Source: a virus
Virus record (IMG/VR): IMGVR_UViG_3300010965_000002
Coordinates: 32,001-96,000 of that record
Length of the DNA stretch: 64,000 bases
Direction: 5' to 3' (one strand)
The position numbers and the translations under genes were made by a program. The notes under the pieces are model-generated. The model saw nothing but the letters and a program-made list of their open reading frames with translations. It did no database searches and was not told where the DNA came from. This document shows, one piece after another, positions 34,915-45,131 of the stretch (the stretch's first letter is position 1; each line of letters opens with the position of its first letter).

Positions 34915-35421
34915 ATGGCACGCACCTCATTGCAAGACGTAGCTGGACTTCCAGACCCGCTGCTCTCGTATAACTTCGATCTGATCTTCCCGAGCATTCC
35001 GGGCGGTGGTAGCACCCGTGCTATGACCGTCAAGTGCATGAGCACTGCTCTCCCAGGTATGCAACTGGAGCAACAAACTGCTTCGCTGCATGGGGTCGAA
35101 ATCAACTACGCTGGGCGTCAGATTTGGACGAAGACCTTCCAAGCAACGTTCATTGAAACCCGTGATGGCGGCACCCGTGCAGCTATTCGCAAGTGGATTG
35201 AATTCGCACGCAACAACAAACAAAACTCCGGCAACTACAAGGCGCAATACGGGGTTGATGCTGTGATGTTGCTGTACGATGACATCCCGAACGTTATCAA
35301 CACCACGAAGATTGTGGGTTGCTTCCCAACGCAATTGGACGATGTGAACATGGACGGTGCCCAAGGCACAATCGTTCAAGTTTCCGTGACGTTCTCTTAC
35401 GACTGGACTGAGGAGCAATAA
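34915..35421 (+). CDS. Tail tube protein (T4 gp19-like)
   Basis: DPLLSYNFDLIF, YAGR..W...F.ATFIE, FPTQL..V.MD, VTFSYDW; follows sheath. Confidence 0.88.
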   Translation: MARTSLQDVAGLPDPLLSYNFDLIFPSIPGGGSTRAMTVKCMSTALPGMQLEQQTASLHGVEINYAGRQIWTKTFQATFIETRDGGTRAAIRKWIEFARNNKQNSGNYKAQYGVDAVMLLYDDIPNVINTTKIVGCFPTQLDDVNMDGAQGTIVQVSVTFSYDWTEEQ

Positions 35422-35423
35422 CA

Positions 35424-35903
35424 ATGAGTTGGCGCGACCGAGCTAAATCGCGCACTGACCCATTGTTACGTTTCTGCTGGGACATTCAAATACAATCTCC
35501 GGGTGGCTCACTGCCCCCGGAGTATGTGGAGGAAGTTAACACTCCATTGCCCAAGTATGAAAGCGACAGTGCTACGTTCAAAGCGCGTAAATACTACTTT
35601 GCTAAGTTTGAGGATTTCGGAGTAACTTCAATCAAGTTCTACGAGGACCACAACTGCACCGTAACAAAGTGGTTGCGTGCCTGGCAAAGCAAAATCAAAA
35701 CGGATAGTGGTGATTACGAAGTGCCTAGTAAGTACAAAGGTACGATCACAGTCATGGCTAAAGACGCTATGGACAACACTACGACAACCTTCGTTATGCA
35801 CGGTGTGTTTCCGACACAAGTGCCTGCCATCCCATTTGGCAGTTCAGGTGAGCTAGTCTCACTAGATGTGGAATTCTCTGTTGACAGAGTGGAGGTGAAA
35901 TAG
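35424..35903 (+). CDS. Second tube-fold protein (gp19/gp54-like tube initiator)
   Basis: DPLLRFCWDI, SIKFYED, W...I, GVFP, VEFSVD parallel the tube protein. Confidence 0.75.
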   Translation: MSWRDRAKSRTDPLLRFCWDIQIQSPGGSLPPEYVEEVNTPLPKYESDSATFKARKYYFAKFEDFGVTSIKFYEDHNCTVTKWLRAWQSKIKTDSGDYEVPSKYKGTITVMAKDAMDNTTTTFVMHGVFPTQVPAIPFGSSGELVSLDVEFSVDRVEVK

Positions 35904-36023
35904 ACCTCTTAGAGCTATGGTCTTATACCCCGCTCGCCAATGATCTTAAACGCTAGGAACTCAATCTAGCAAAGTCTGCGGCACCCTTGTTTTTCAAACC
36001 CCTTTTTGGTAAAGGAATCAATC

Positions 36024-37265
36024 ATGTCAGGCGATAGTCTATCCTTTGACCCTACGGAACCAGTGGTGCTTCACGGCGCTGAACATGGTCGTCCGTTGCG
36101 AGTCCAACGGCCCGAAGCGCATCAAGCGCCGCAAGCGGCCACCGCTCCTCAAGTCACTGCACCACCGCGTCAAAATCCGCAGGCACGTGCCGTCGTAACT
36201 GAGGGTAAAGCACCAACTCCCCAACCACAACAAGCCGCACAGCGTCCAACAGCGCCAGCACAACGTCCTCAACAACCTGTTCGTCAACAAGTTGCACAAC
36301 CAGAACAAGATGAACCTGAACAACCTGTTGCACAAACAGTGTCCAAGAACCGTCCTCGTTTGCCGTTGCTGAGTATCACGGGTCACCGCAATGTCACCGC
36401 CGCCTATGAAGACATCTGGCTGCCAAGTGAATTCGTTGCTTACCCTTGGAAAGACTTGCAAATCCGTCGATTCAATATCGAGGAACTGCGTGCCATGATT
36501 CGTGCGCGTACATCAGGTAACCTCCGTCACTTGATTCGTGCCGTTGACGGTACCCTGAGTCGTCCGATCACTGATCTGACACAAGGCGATTTCTGGTACA
36601 TCATGTACTGGCACCGCCTTAACAGCTACAAGAAATCACCATTCGTTATTGAATGGGTGTGCGACAACGATGACCACTTGCGTAAGGTCGGTGGCGTTGG
36701 TCTGGAAGAAGGTGCTGCACCTCTTGCGCCAGAAACACTGCGTAACCTGCTGACGGTGAGCAAGAGCAATCTTGACACAGCGGCTATTGATAAGGACGCA
36801 TATGAAAAATTGCGTGACCAAATCCTTGCTGAGTATGGTGTGCATGTTCGTCCTCAAAACGTCGTTGACTTTATCAGCGCCGTTGACGAAGACGAAGAAC
36901 TTGAACACGAACGTAAGCTGGCCCGCGAAAAACAAGAAGCCGCTGTAGCAGCAGGCGATGTTGACGCTTTCCTTGCAGATGACGACGAAGAAGTCGGCGC
37001 TAACGAGGACCGCAGTTTCATCTACCGCTATGCAGCGTTGATTGACAACCAGCACGGTGAAAGCCTGGCTGACCGCGCTGAGTGGTTGAACTCACAAGAG
37101 CCTGATCTTTTGGTTGATCTTGAGGACTTCCTCAAAGTATCCGATCATGGGGTTACCGAATCATGGACAGTTGTTTGCAAGGAGTGTGGTGCGCCGAAGA
37201 TTGTTAAACAATCTCTCGACGCACTCACGTTTCTTCCCTCGCTACAGCGAGGAGGACTTACTTAA
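36024..37265 (+). CDS. Tail assembly chaperone/baseplate hub assembly protein (gp26-like) with Q/P-rich N-terminus
   Basis: LPS....Y, IRRFNIEE, DLTQGDFWYIMYWHRLNSY, C-terminal CKEC; immediately before the tape-measure-like genes. Confidence 0.6.
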   Translation: MSGDSLSFDPTEPVVLHGAEHGRPLRVQRPEAHQAPQAATAPQVTAPPRQNPQARAVVTEGKAPTPQPQQAAQRPTAPAQRPQQPVRQQVAQPEQDEPEQPVAQTVSKNRPRLPLLSITGHRNVTAAYEDIWLPSEFVAYPWKDLQIRRFNIEELRAMIRARTSGNLRHLIRAVDGTLSRPITDLTQGDFWYIMYWHRLNSYKKSPFVIEWVCDNDDHLRKVGGVGLEEGAAPLAPETLRNLLTVSKSNLDTAAIDKDAYEKLRDQILAEYGVHVRPQNVVDFISAVDEDEELEHERKLAREKQEAAVAAGDVDAFLADDDEEVGANEDRSFIYRYAALIDNQHGESLADRAEWLNSQEPDLLVDLEDFLKVSDHGVTESWTVVCKECGAPKIVKQSLDALTFLPSLQRGGLT

Positions 37266-37431
37266 CCGCAAATACTCGTTCATGGCCCGACTCCAAGTGA
37301 TACCGCCTGATGATATGGAAGCACGGGAGTTCATCTACCATGCCGACATGATTCAGCGCGACATTGCTGAGGAAGAAAAGCGCAAGAAAATGGAATCAGC
37401 CATGCAACGAGCTAAAGGCGTAAGGATGTAA
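37228..37431 (+). CDS. Candidate frameshift extension (T part of a G/GT-type chaperone) or small separate gene
   Basis: Open +1 frame overlapping the end of the previous ORF: RFFPRYSEEDLLNRKYSFMARL...QRDIAEEEKRKK; no well-spaced start. Confidence 0.5.
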   Translation, partial: RFFPRYSEEDLLNRKYSFMARLQVIPPDDMEAREFIYHADMIQRDIAEEEKRKKMESAMQRAKGVRM

Positions 37432-37432
37432 C

Positions 37433-39892
37433 ATGGACATGCGACAAGCAGCCGAGTTTTTCAAGACCCGCTGGAAATGGCGTAAAGAGCCTGACTGGTA
37501 TCGTGAAGAACAGGCCAAAAGAGCAGAAAGACAGAAGGCTGCTGTCGCTGCCAAACGTGCAGCCAAAACGTCTACAAATGGTACTGGAAGCTCAGAGTCC
37601 AGTACGCCAGAAAAGGGTGGTCAACAAGGGTCTCAACAGCTCTCAAATGACCCTCAATCAGGCAAACAAGAGCCTCAAAAGCAGCCTATCAACAAACAAC
37701 AGCAAGCGGTAAAAGACCGGCAACAACAGGTTATTGATCTGTATTTGCAACAGGTTCTGGAATCGCTTGGCAAGATAGAGCAAAGCCCTGCCGTCAAGAA
37801 AATGATGGACGACACCCTTGAGCTTCTGCGAGTCAAAATCGTAGAGCCTAAGATGTTGCTGGACTTTGGCAAAGAGCTTGCCCGGTTGGAAGCAACTAAC
37901 AAGCCTCTGAAAGAAAAGTTGGTGGTCGCACGCACCGAAGCCCGTAAGGGTGGCAATCGTGACGTGTGGGAAAAAGTGGACAAGGAACTTGCGCACTTGC
38001 AAGACCTTGAACACAAAGGTAAGACGTTGGAGTTCAGCGGAAATCTGGCTGGCACAACGATGGGTATTCTGGACGCTTTCTTAGGTCCAGCCGGCCCTCT
38101 GTTCAAGACAGCGCGTGATCTTCACGCCGAATACAAAGACGATGCCAAAGGCTTGTTGGTGAAGTTTGGTCGTGTGCCTGCATTTGTACGCGCCAAGGTT
38201 GATAAGCTCAAGAAAATTTGGAGTAGCCGGGACTCGCTGTTCAAACGGTTGTTCCCTAAGTTCGCTTTGGCATTGGACAAGTTTGGCAACAAGCTAAAGG
38301 ACATGGGTTCGAGCTTAATGGACAAACTAAAGCTCGGTAAGGGCAAAGGTAAATTTGGTAAGCTGGCCGCAGGTGCTGCTGCCGTTGGTAGTTTCCTTAC
38401 CAGTGACATTGGGAAAGCAGTCAGCTTGCTGGGCATCGCTGGTATAGCCTCGATGTTCGGTAAGAAGTCAGAGGCTGCTGAAAAGCCCACGAATGCAACA
38501 GAAAAACCTGACAAAGAAAGTCCGTGGTCAATACAAGGTATCACTTCAGGTCTAAGCAAAGCTGCTAGCACGGTCACAGGTCTGTTCGGTGACTTGTCAG
38601 GTTGGATGTCAGATAGTTGGAAAAGGCTCACTCGGTGGGCTAGTGGCGCTTATGGAGGCCTAGCTTCCAGCGTTCGCATGGCTGAACTCAAAGTGCGTAT
38701 CCTCAAAGATAACGTTGAAGAACAGCGCGACAAGATGTGGGACAGCATCACTGGTTGGTTTGATGAACTGTGGGAGAAGATCAAGTCGTTCATCCCAGAG
38801 AGCATTCGTAACGCGGGCAGCAAGGTAGCTGAGAAAGCTGGTCAAGCAGTTGACTGGACTAAAGAGAAGGCCAATCAAGCTGCGGTGATGACCCGGGACG
38901 TGCTCGGTATAAAGACTGACCCTGCTGGTGGTGACGGTGTTGCCAAGCCTCGAAGCATTCAAGTCCCACAAGTCGGTGATGCTGAGTCTGGAAAAAACGC
39001 AGTCAAGGTTCAGAGCGGTGTGAATCTGAGCGGCATGAACACGGCCTTGATGAACAACTTTTATGCTATGGCAGGCGAGTACAATCGTTTGACAGGCAAG
39101 ACGGTTCAAGTCAATAGCGCGTTCCGTAGCAAGGAAGAACAAGCGCAGTTGAAAGCCATGTACCCTGGCAAAGCAGCTACGCCCGGATATTCAATGCACG
39201 AGTATGGCCTTGCGATTGACATCAATAGCGCCGATGCGAATGCAATGGAGAACATGGGGCTGTTTTCCAAGTTTGGATTCGTGCGACCTGTCAGCGGTGA
39301 AGCATGGCACGTAGAACCAATTGCCATCCAAGGTATGAAGTCGGCTATACGTAAAGGCAACACCAGTGTTGATGCAGCAGTGGCCGCCTCTGGCCAAGGG
39401 TCTAGCACAGCGCAAGCCAAGACGGAATCAGAAGGTAACGTTGCACAGACAGTTCAAACGGCCACGCAACAAACAAAAACTGACGTGACGGCAGCCGCCA
39501 GCGCAGCAGTTATGCCACCTACTGTGCAGCATTCGCAAGCACCAAAGGCCGGTGATGCCAAAACGCCTACATTGACGCAAGCATTTGCTAAGCCCGATGT
39601 ACCACAACCAAGCGTGGCTACTATTGGACCTATGGACGCGAACGTTTCCATGCCAATGCCGCCAGTGCCTGCTGGTCCTGCAACAGTGATGGCGTCGGTT
39701 GCGCCTAAACTGGATGCTCAATACGAACGTGTTGAAAGTCGAAGCAAGCGTCTTGATAAGACCTTAGAGAATGCACCTATTGACACAGAAGTCGCTCGCA
39801 GCAACAACCATAAACAAACAGGTGCGAACAACATACCGTTCTATCTTGGTGACATGGGGATGTTAACACTTAACCTCGGAATTGGCGCATGA
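37433..39892 (+). CDS. Tape-measure-like protein 1 with M15 (VanY-like) peptidase domain
   Basis: Helical A/G/K-rich body; VNSAFRSKEEQ, PGYSMHEYGLAIDI, EAWHVE. Confidence 0.8.
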   Translation: MDMRQAAEFFKTRWKWRKEPDWYREEQAKRAERQKAAVAAKRAAKTSTNGTGSSESSTPEKGGQQGSQQLSNDPQSGKQEPQKQPINKQQQAVKDRQQQVIDLYLQQVLESLGKIEQSPAVKKMMDDTLELLRVKIVEPKMLLDFGKELARLEATNKPLKEKLVVARTEARKGGNRDVWEKVDKELAHLQDLEHKGKTLEFSGNLAGTTMGILDAFLGPAGPLFKTARDLHAEYKDDAKGLLVKFGRVPAFVRAKVDKLKKIWSSRDSLFKRLFPKFALALDKFGNKLKDMGSSLMDKLKLGKGKGKFGKLAAGAAAVGSFLTSDIGKAVSLLGIAGIASMFGKKSEAAEKPTNATEKPDKESPWSIQGITSGLSKAASTVTGLFGDLSGWMSDSWKRLTRWASGAYGGLASSVRMAELKVRILKDNVEEQRDKMWDSITGWFDELWEKIKSFIPESIRNAGSKVAEKAGQAVDWTKEKANQAAVMTRDVLGIKTDPAGGDGVAKPRSIQVPQVGDAESGKNAVKVQSGVNLSGMNTALMNNFYAMAGEYNRLTGKTVQVNSAFRSKEEQAQLKAMYPGKAATPGYSMHEYGLAIDINSADANAMENMGLFSKFGFVRPVSGEAWHVEPIAIQGMKSAIRKGNTSVDAAVAASGQGSSTAQAKTESEGNVAQTVQTATQQTKTDVTAAASAAVMPPTVQHSQAPKAGDAKTPTLTQAFAKPDVPQPSVATIGPMDANVSMPMPPVPAGPATVMASVAPKLDAQYERVESRSKRLDKTLENAPIDTEVARSNNHKQTGANNIPFYLGDMGMLTLNLGIGA

Positions 39893-42435
39893 AAAAAGAT
39901 ACGAAAGCGGCAGCTACTGAGGTTGTCGGTGGACAAAGTGCAGCGTTGGTAAAACAGCTAGCCTCGGCCGTGCGTGTGATGCGTGAGGAAATGCGTCAGA
40001 CAACTGGCCAGGCTAGCAACAATGCTGCTGCCTCGTTAGCTGCACTAAAACAGTTCAAAGACCTACAACGACTGGACGCTAAGGCTCAGCTTACACCTGA
40101 TCAAGCCGAACGTCTGTTGAAAGCGGTCAATGAGAGCCGTAAGGAGATTACAAAGCTGCAAGCTAGTAACTCCAATCTCGGTAATCGTGCAAAGGGCACC
40201 GACGGTCTTAGCATCACAGAACGCCTGCGTAAGGAAGCCGATCAATTGGCTACCCAAGACAGCGTGGTGAAGTTGCTGCAACAGATCAACGAAGCCCGTG
40301 AGCAAGCGAACAAAGAGAAGGCTGATGAACATCGTAATCTCAAGACTACGTTGCGTCAAGGTCTTAGCGCATTCTTAGGGCCAGCAGGTCCTCTGATTGA
40401 AACGTTTGCCAGTCTCAAAGACGAATACGGTGAAGACGCTGCAAAGATCGGCAAGAAGATCAGCAAGTGGATGGGTCTTGAGAAAGACCTGCTCAAGGAA
40501 TACGAAAAAGAAGCTGGACGCAATGAGCGCCGTGACAAGAAATTGTTTGGGATGCTCAGTGACAAGTTTCGCAAGTTCAGCGGTCTGCTGGGCGGCAACA
40601 GTATCCTTGACAAGATCGGTGACTTCTTTGGCTTTGGCAGCAAAACTGGCAAAGGTAAAGGCGGTGTACTGACAAAGACTAAACGTGTTGCGCGTAACGT
40701 TGGCAACAAAGCCAAGGGCTTGTTTGGTCGTGCTGGTGGCGCACTTGGTAAGATAGGTAGTCGCGTGATGGGCGGCTTTGGCAAAGTTGCTGGCGCTGCT
40801 GGTAAAGTAGGTGGCGGAATTCTTCGTTTCGGCGGGAGACTACTTGGCCCGATCGGTGCTGCACTTGGAGTAGCTAGTATCCTTGGAGACAAAGACGCTG
40901 GCGCAAAAGGTGAAGATGGCGTAGACACTAGCCTGAGCTACGGGGGCGGTGCATTAACAGGTGCGTCTACCGGAGCAATGATCGGTAGTGTATTCCCAGT
41001 TGTAGGCACCGTGATTGGTGGAGCTATTGGTGCGGTTGTTGGCCTGTTGTTCACGGGCGTTGTTCGTAACTGGACTGCGTTCAAAGACAAGGTTAAGCAA
41101 ACGTGGACAGGTATCACAGACACCTTTGACGCAACATGGAAGAGGGTTAAAGCCTTCGGTTCAAACTTCGTGGACTTCGGCGTGAGTACGTATGACAAAG
41201 TTAAAGCAGGTCTCAATAAGATGATCGCTTGGATAAAGTCACACTTGCCTGGCTTCGACAAAGTGAAAGAAGTGGTAGCCAAAGGTACCGACGCTGTGAT
41301 TACAGCGGGCAAGAATGGCGCTAAGTGGGCTGGTGATGCTGCCAAGACAAGTCGCAACTATGTGAGCGAGGCTGCGGTTGCGACGGTAGAGACAGCTAAG
41401 AAGGTTAGCACTGACGCACGGGTCGCAGTTGCGGGTGCCACTCAAACGGGTGCCAACAAAGTTTCAGAAGTGTTGGACCCGGTAGCAAAGACGTTGGCAG
41501 ACTCTAAGAGCCCTGTCAACGCCGCTATGGGCAGTGCTGCGGCTACGCTTAGTAAGAGTGCTCAAGGTGTTGCAGCATTCGCTGGTAAGATGGCGATGCC
41601 TGACAAAGACATCAAGAGCGCCATCCTTGGCGCGGCTGATAAAGTTGGCGTTGACAAAGGCTACATGATGGCGATGACTGCTCAGGAAAGCAGTTTCAAC
41701 CCAAATGCAAAAGCCAAGACTTCCAGTGCTAAAGGCCTGAACCAGTTTATCGACGGTACTTGGAAAAGTATGGTTGACAAATATGGTACGCAGTATGGCA
41801 TTGGGATGAACGATCAGTTTGACCCCAAGAAGAACGCGATGATGGGTGCATTGTTTGCACGCGACAACGCGAAAACTTTGCAAGGTCAAGGCCATGATGT
41901 ATCGAGTGCTTCACTTTATGCCGCACACATGTTGGGCAGTGGCGGTGCAAACCAGTTGCTTAGTGCTATCAAAAAGAACCCAGGTAGTAGTGCTGTTGAT
42001 CTGATGCCCAAAGCTGCGGCTGCAAACCGAGGTGTGTTCTACAATAGGGATGGCACTCCGCGTACAGTCAAAGAGGTGTATGCGTACTACCAAGACAAGA
42101 TAGAGAGTAGAGCGCAAGCCTACAATAACGCTCTGTCTAAGGAGACTGGTTCCAGCACTCAGATGGCTGGTGCAATTGCACCTTCGGCAGAAAAGACACC
42201 TGCAGCCGCTGTGAGTCAGAGTGTTGCACCCGCGACCGATGCGTTTGAACGAGCCGAAAGTGTGACTCCTGATGCACACATAACTATGGCACCTGATGCT
42301 GATACAAAATCTGGCACCAACCGCGCTTATGGCAACGGAGGTGTTGAAACACGACAAACTGCGGCGACTGACGTACCTTTTGTGCTTGGCGACAATCACA
42401 TGGTCGTTATCAATGCGGGCATGATGGGAGCTTAA
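39889..42435 (+). CDS. Tape-measure-like protein 2 with lysozyme-like/SLT domain
   Basis: Gly-rich helices; AQESSFNPNAKAKTSSAKGLNQFIDGTW, LYAAHMLG. Confidence 0.82.
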   Translation: MKKDTKAAATEVVGGQSAALVKQLASAVRVMREEMRQTTGQASNNAAASLAALKQFKDLQRLDAKAQLTPDQAERLLKAVNESRKEITKLQASNSNLGNRAKGTDGLSITERLRKEADQLATQDSVVKLLQQINEAREQANKEKADEHRNLKTTLRQGLSAFLGPAGPLIETFASLKDEYGEDAAKIGKKISKWMGLEKDLLKEYEKEAGRNERRDKKLFGMLSDKFRKFSGLLGGNSILDKIGDFFGFGSKTGKGKGGVLTKTKRVARNVGNKAKGLFGRAGGALGKIGSRVMGGFGKVAGAAGKVGGGILRFGGRLLGPIGAALGVASILGDKDAGAKGEDGVDTSLSYGGGALTGASTGAMIGSVFPVVGTVIGGAIGAVVGLLFTGVVRNWTAFKDKVKQTWTGITDTFDATWKRVKAFGSNFVDFGVSTYDKVKAGLNKMIAWIKSHLPGFDKVKEVVAKGTDAVITAGKNGAKWAGDAAKTSRNYVSEAAVATVETAKKVSTDARVAVAGATQTGANKVSEVLDPVAKTLADSKSPVNAAMGSAAATLSKSAQGVAAFAGKMAMPDKDIKSAILGAADKVGVDKGYMMAMTAQESSFNPNAKAKTSSAKGLNQFIDGTWKSMVDKYGTQYGIGMNDQFDPKKNAMMGALFARDNAKTLQGQGHDVSSASLYAAHMLGSGGANQLLSAIKKNPGSSAVDLMPKAAAANRGVFYNRDGTPRTVKEVYAYYQDKIESRAQAYNNALSKETGSSTQMAGAIAPSAEKTPAAAVSQSVAPATDAFERAESVTPDAHITMAPDADTKSGTNRAYGNGGVETRQTAATDVPFVLGDNHMVVINAGMMGA

Positions 42436-42436
42436 C

Positions 42437-43129
42437 ATGGCAACTGGTTACGAATCTTTCCGACGTTCGGAAATTCAGGCGCAGAACGACAGTGACGTAC
42501 CTCAGTATGGTTCGCCTAGCAATAGCAACTATGTAGTACGTATTAAACAAGCAGGTGGCGGTCAAGTCAAATGTTATGTGCCTGAGACTTTTCAAATGGC
42601 CGTTACCTCGCAGTTTAATCAACCATTTGGACAAGGTGCAGCAAACACGGCCTTTGGTAAAGCTACTCAAGTTTTGGCAGGCGTAGCAGTAACGTCACAG
42701 TCAATGACTGCGCAAGTTTGGGAAGGTACGCAACCAATAGAACTAACGCTTGAAGCGGAGTTTATTGCAGAAAGTAATCCTCAAACTGAAGTGCTTGAAC
42801 CAATTAAAGAGTTATTGAAAATGGTTATGCCATCAACAGGACCAGGTGGATTTATGTTGAAACCCCCTGGTCCTGTTTACTCAGGTGTTGTAGACTGGAC
42901 TGCCCCTTTTACGGTTAAAAAGGGTGAAGGAGGCACGGCCAAACAGATTACTGTACAAATCGGTAACTTCCTATTATTTGACAATGTTGTTATTGAAAGT
43001 GTAAACTGCACCTTTCACAGCATGATGCACAGCAGCGGCATCCCCCTACGGGCTACTGTTGCCATTACGTTCAAAACGTTCTTTGTGCAACTCAGTGATG
43101 ATATTCCTAGTTTGTTTATGGGTAAATAA
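42437..43129 (+). CDS. Baseplate tube-cap-like protein (gp48-like)
   Basis: Position; VVIESVNCTF...GIPLRATVAITF pattern of tube-fold baseplate proteins. Confidence 0.6.
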   Translation: MATGYESFRRSEIQAQNDSDVPQYGSPSNSNYVVRIKQAGGGQVKCYVPETFQMAVTSQFNQPFGQGAANTAFGKATQVLAGVAVTSQSMTAQVWEGTQPIELTLEAEFIAESNPQTEVLEPIKELLKMVMPSTGPGGFMLKPPGPVYSGVVDWTAPFTVKKGEGGTAKQITVQIGNFLLFDNVVIESVNCTFHSMMHSSGIPLRATVAITFKTFFVQLSDDIPSLFMGK

Positions 43130-43131
43130 AA

Positions 43132-43506
43132 ATGAATAAACAATATCTACAAGCTACGCATATACCATTAGTCACCTATCAGACACAGGGTGCTGCACAA
43201 AGCGAAGTGTTGCCTGACTGGCTGAGTGCTCGTTATGTAGACTTGCATGAAAAGGTTTTGCAGTTTTTCTTTCACACCGTGACGGAAACTGATCTGGGGC
43301 AACCTGATCACATTGCCTATCACTATTACAACGACAGCAACTGGTGGTGGTTGCTATGTTCCTACAATGGCATCGTCAACCCAATGACAGACATGTACTT
43401 AGGTCAACGCCTTCGCATACCAGCATTGCATCAGGCTCAATTGTCATTACAGAGCCCACCAGACAGCAATCGTGAAGACCGTCGAGGTCAGACAACCACA
43501 ATTTAG
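43132..43506 (+). CDS. Baseplate wedge LysM-like protein (gp53-like)
   Basis: QPDHIAYHYYNDSNWWWLL..YNGIVNP...L.IP. Confidence 0.8.
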   Translation: MNKQYLQATHIPLVTYQTQGAAQSEVLPDWLSARYVDLHEKVLQFFFHTVTETDLGQPDHIAYHYYNDSNWWWLLCSYNGIVNPMTDMYLGQRLRIPALHQAQLSLQSPPDSNREDRRGQTTTI

Positions 43507-43515
43507 GAGATCAAG

Positions 43516-44655
43516 GTGCTTGAAATCAAAACCGGATTATTTCTAGGTATCACTATTGATGGCCAAGATTACCCAATGGAAAAGAATGGTTTTCAAAAGT
43601 TGGTGCTGGTGTCGAACAAGCGTATGAGTACAGCTACCTGCGAGTTAACTTTTGCCGATATATCTGACAAAATCAATACTGAGGTCACCTTAGCCGATGG
43701 TGTGCCTTTAGTTATCAAGTTAGGTCGTAGCATTGATGACTACGACGTTTACACCTATAGAGTTTACAGCTACAAACGTATACCTGCAAGCACAACAGTG
43801 CAATACACGGTGCTAGGCTATTTCGACGCGCCTAAATGGTTCTTGGAAGCGTGGAAGAAGCCTATTGAAGGTTGCAGTCGTGTAGCCATATCAAAACTTG
43901 CCGCAGATTGCGGCCTCAAAGCAGATTGCGACGTTACCAACGATGACATGATCTGGATGCCCGGTAACGAGCGCACCTGTATGTTTGCCCGTAGCATTGC
44001 AGAGCGTGGTTATCTGGATGACAAAAGCTGCATGGCGATTGGGATGACGCTTGACGGTACATTCAAGTACAAGAACCTCACGTTGTTGCCGACGACTGGA
44101 AAATTATTTACTCACGGTAATGTTCCAGGCACTGCCAACGTCATTGACGTTAAACACCTGACTAGCAGCGGCTATGGTAACTCAATTGGAGGTTATCAGC
44201 ATTTGGTACGTCCTCAACTCATTCGTGAGTTCAAGGACAAGATCGACCAACTGGATGTCAAGCGTAAGACCCAGACGCTGCAACTGAATCGTGAAGTCAA
44301 AGGCATGATTGCCAAAGGCCGTATCGACTATGGTGACATTGATGGCGGCAACGTGCATTGCAACTGGGACAAAGCACGCTATCAAAACTTGCGCACGGCC
44401 ATGATCTACAGCATGGGCGTTGAAATCTTAATGGAGGTGCGCTCACCTATTGAGTTTGACTTATTTTCACCTTTCTTATATGAACCCTACGATCCTCCGG
44501 CGCAAGGTGAAGTGCGCTTGGCAGAGCAATACCGAAGTTTATATTATGTGACTGCGAAAGCAATCTACATTGAGCAGGGTACTTATTACGAGAAGATTCA
44601 AGGATATACGACTGGTATCAACAAAGACCCAGACGGCAAAGGCAGTCAAGAATAG
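43516..44655 (+). CDS. Baseplate hub protein (gp27/gpD-like)
   Basis: GTG start with AGGAG; position between gp53-like and spike genes. Confidence 0.65.
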   Translation: MLEIKTGLFLGITIDGQDYPMEKNGFQKLVLVSNKRMSTATCELTFADISDKINTEVTLADGVPLVIKLGRSIDDYDVYTYRVYSYKRIPASTTVQYTVLGYFDAPKWFLEAWKKPIEGCSRVAISKLAADCGLKADCDVTNDDMIWMPGNERTCMFARSIAERGYLDDKSCMAIGMTLDGTFKYKNLTLLPTTGKLFTHGNVPGTANVIDVKHLTSSGYGNSIGGYQHLVRPQLIREFKDKIDQLDVKRKTQTLQLNREVKGMIAKGRIDYGDIDGGNVHCNWDKARYQNLRTAMIYSMGVEILMEVRSPIEFDLFSPFLYEPYDPPAQGEVRLAEQYRSLYYVTAKAIYIEQGTYYEKIQGYTTGINKDPDGKGSQE

Positions 44656-45131
44656 CGTGGACTTCGGCGCGTGTTTTTGGCTTGTTCCGAGCGTGTAGCC
44701 CAAGTGCAATTAGACTTTGAGTAACCTTTATCGTTGTTTCGGCGTTCAAGAGTTAGGCCTTCTGGACGTTCTCCCATGTCGGCCAAGAAATTCGTAAAAT
44801 CATGCCACCGTTTACACACAAGTATGCCACGCCCGCCCCAGTCTGAGTAACGGTGATAGTTTTCGTTGTAGCATCGGGTCATCATGTTTTTCCAGGCTCT
44901 ATATTCAGGTGTGATTTTGCCTCTGCGTGAGTGTCCGTGTATGGATGCTGTACCTTTACCGCATCCACATGCAGTCTGTCGGCCCGAGGTTAAGTTGCCG
45001 CCAAAAATATGTGCAGTCTTGCCGCAGTCACACTTACACATCCAGTAAACGCCGTTGGTTTTTACCTTGCTCAAACTTTTCACAAGTAGCTTACCAAAAC
45101 GTTGACCCACTCTGTTTATACGAGGAATCAT
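44646..45131 (-). CDS. Free-standing HNH homing endonuclease (antisense)
   Basis: GQRFGKL.V, W.CKCDCG, YRAWKNM..RC, GGRGI.VC.RW..F..F..DMG, LER.NN..GY...NC.WAT...Q..N; GGAG RBS before MIPR. Confidence 0.9.
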   Translation of the reverse strand: MIPRINRVGQRFGKLLVKSLSKVKTNGVYWMCKCDCGKTAHIFGGNLTSGRQTACGCGKGTASIHGHSRRGKITPEYRAWKNMMTRCYNENYHRYSDWGGRGILVCKRWHDFTNFLADMGERPEGLTLERRNNDKGYSKSNCTWATRSEQAKNTRRSPRYS

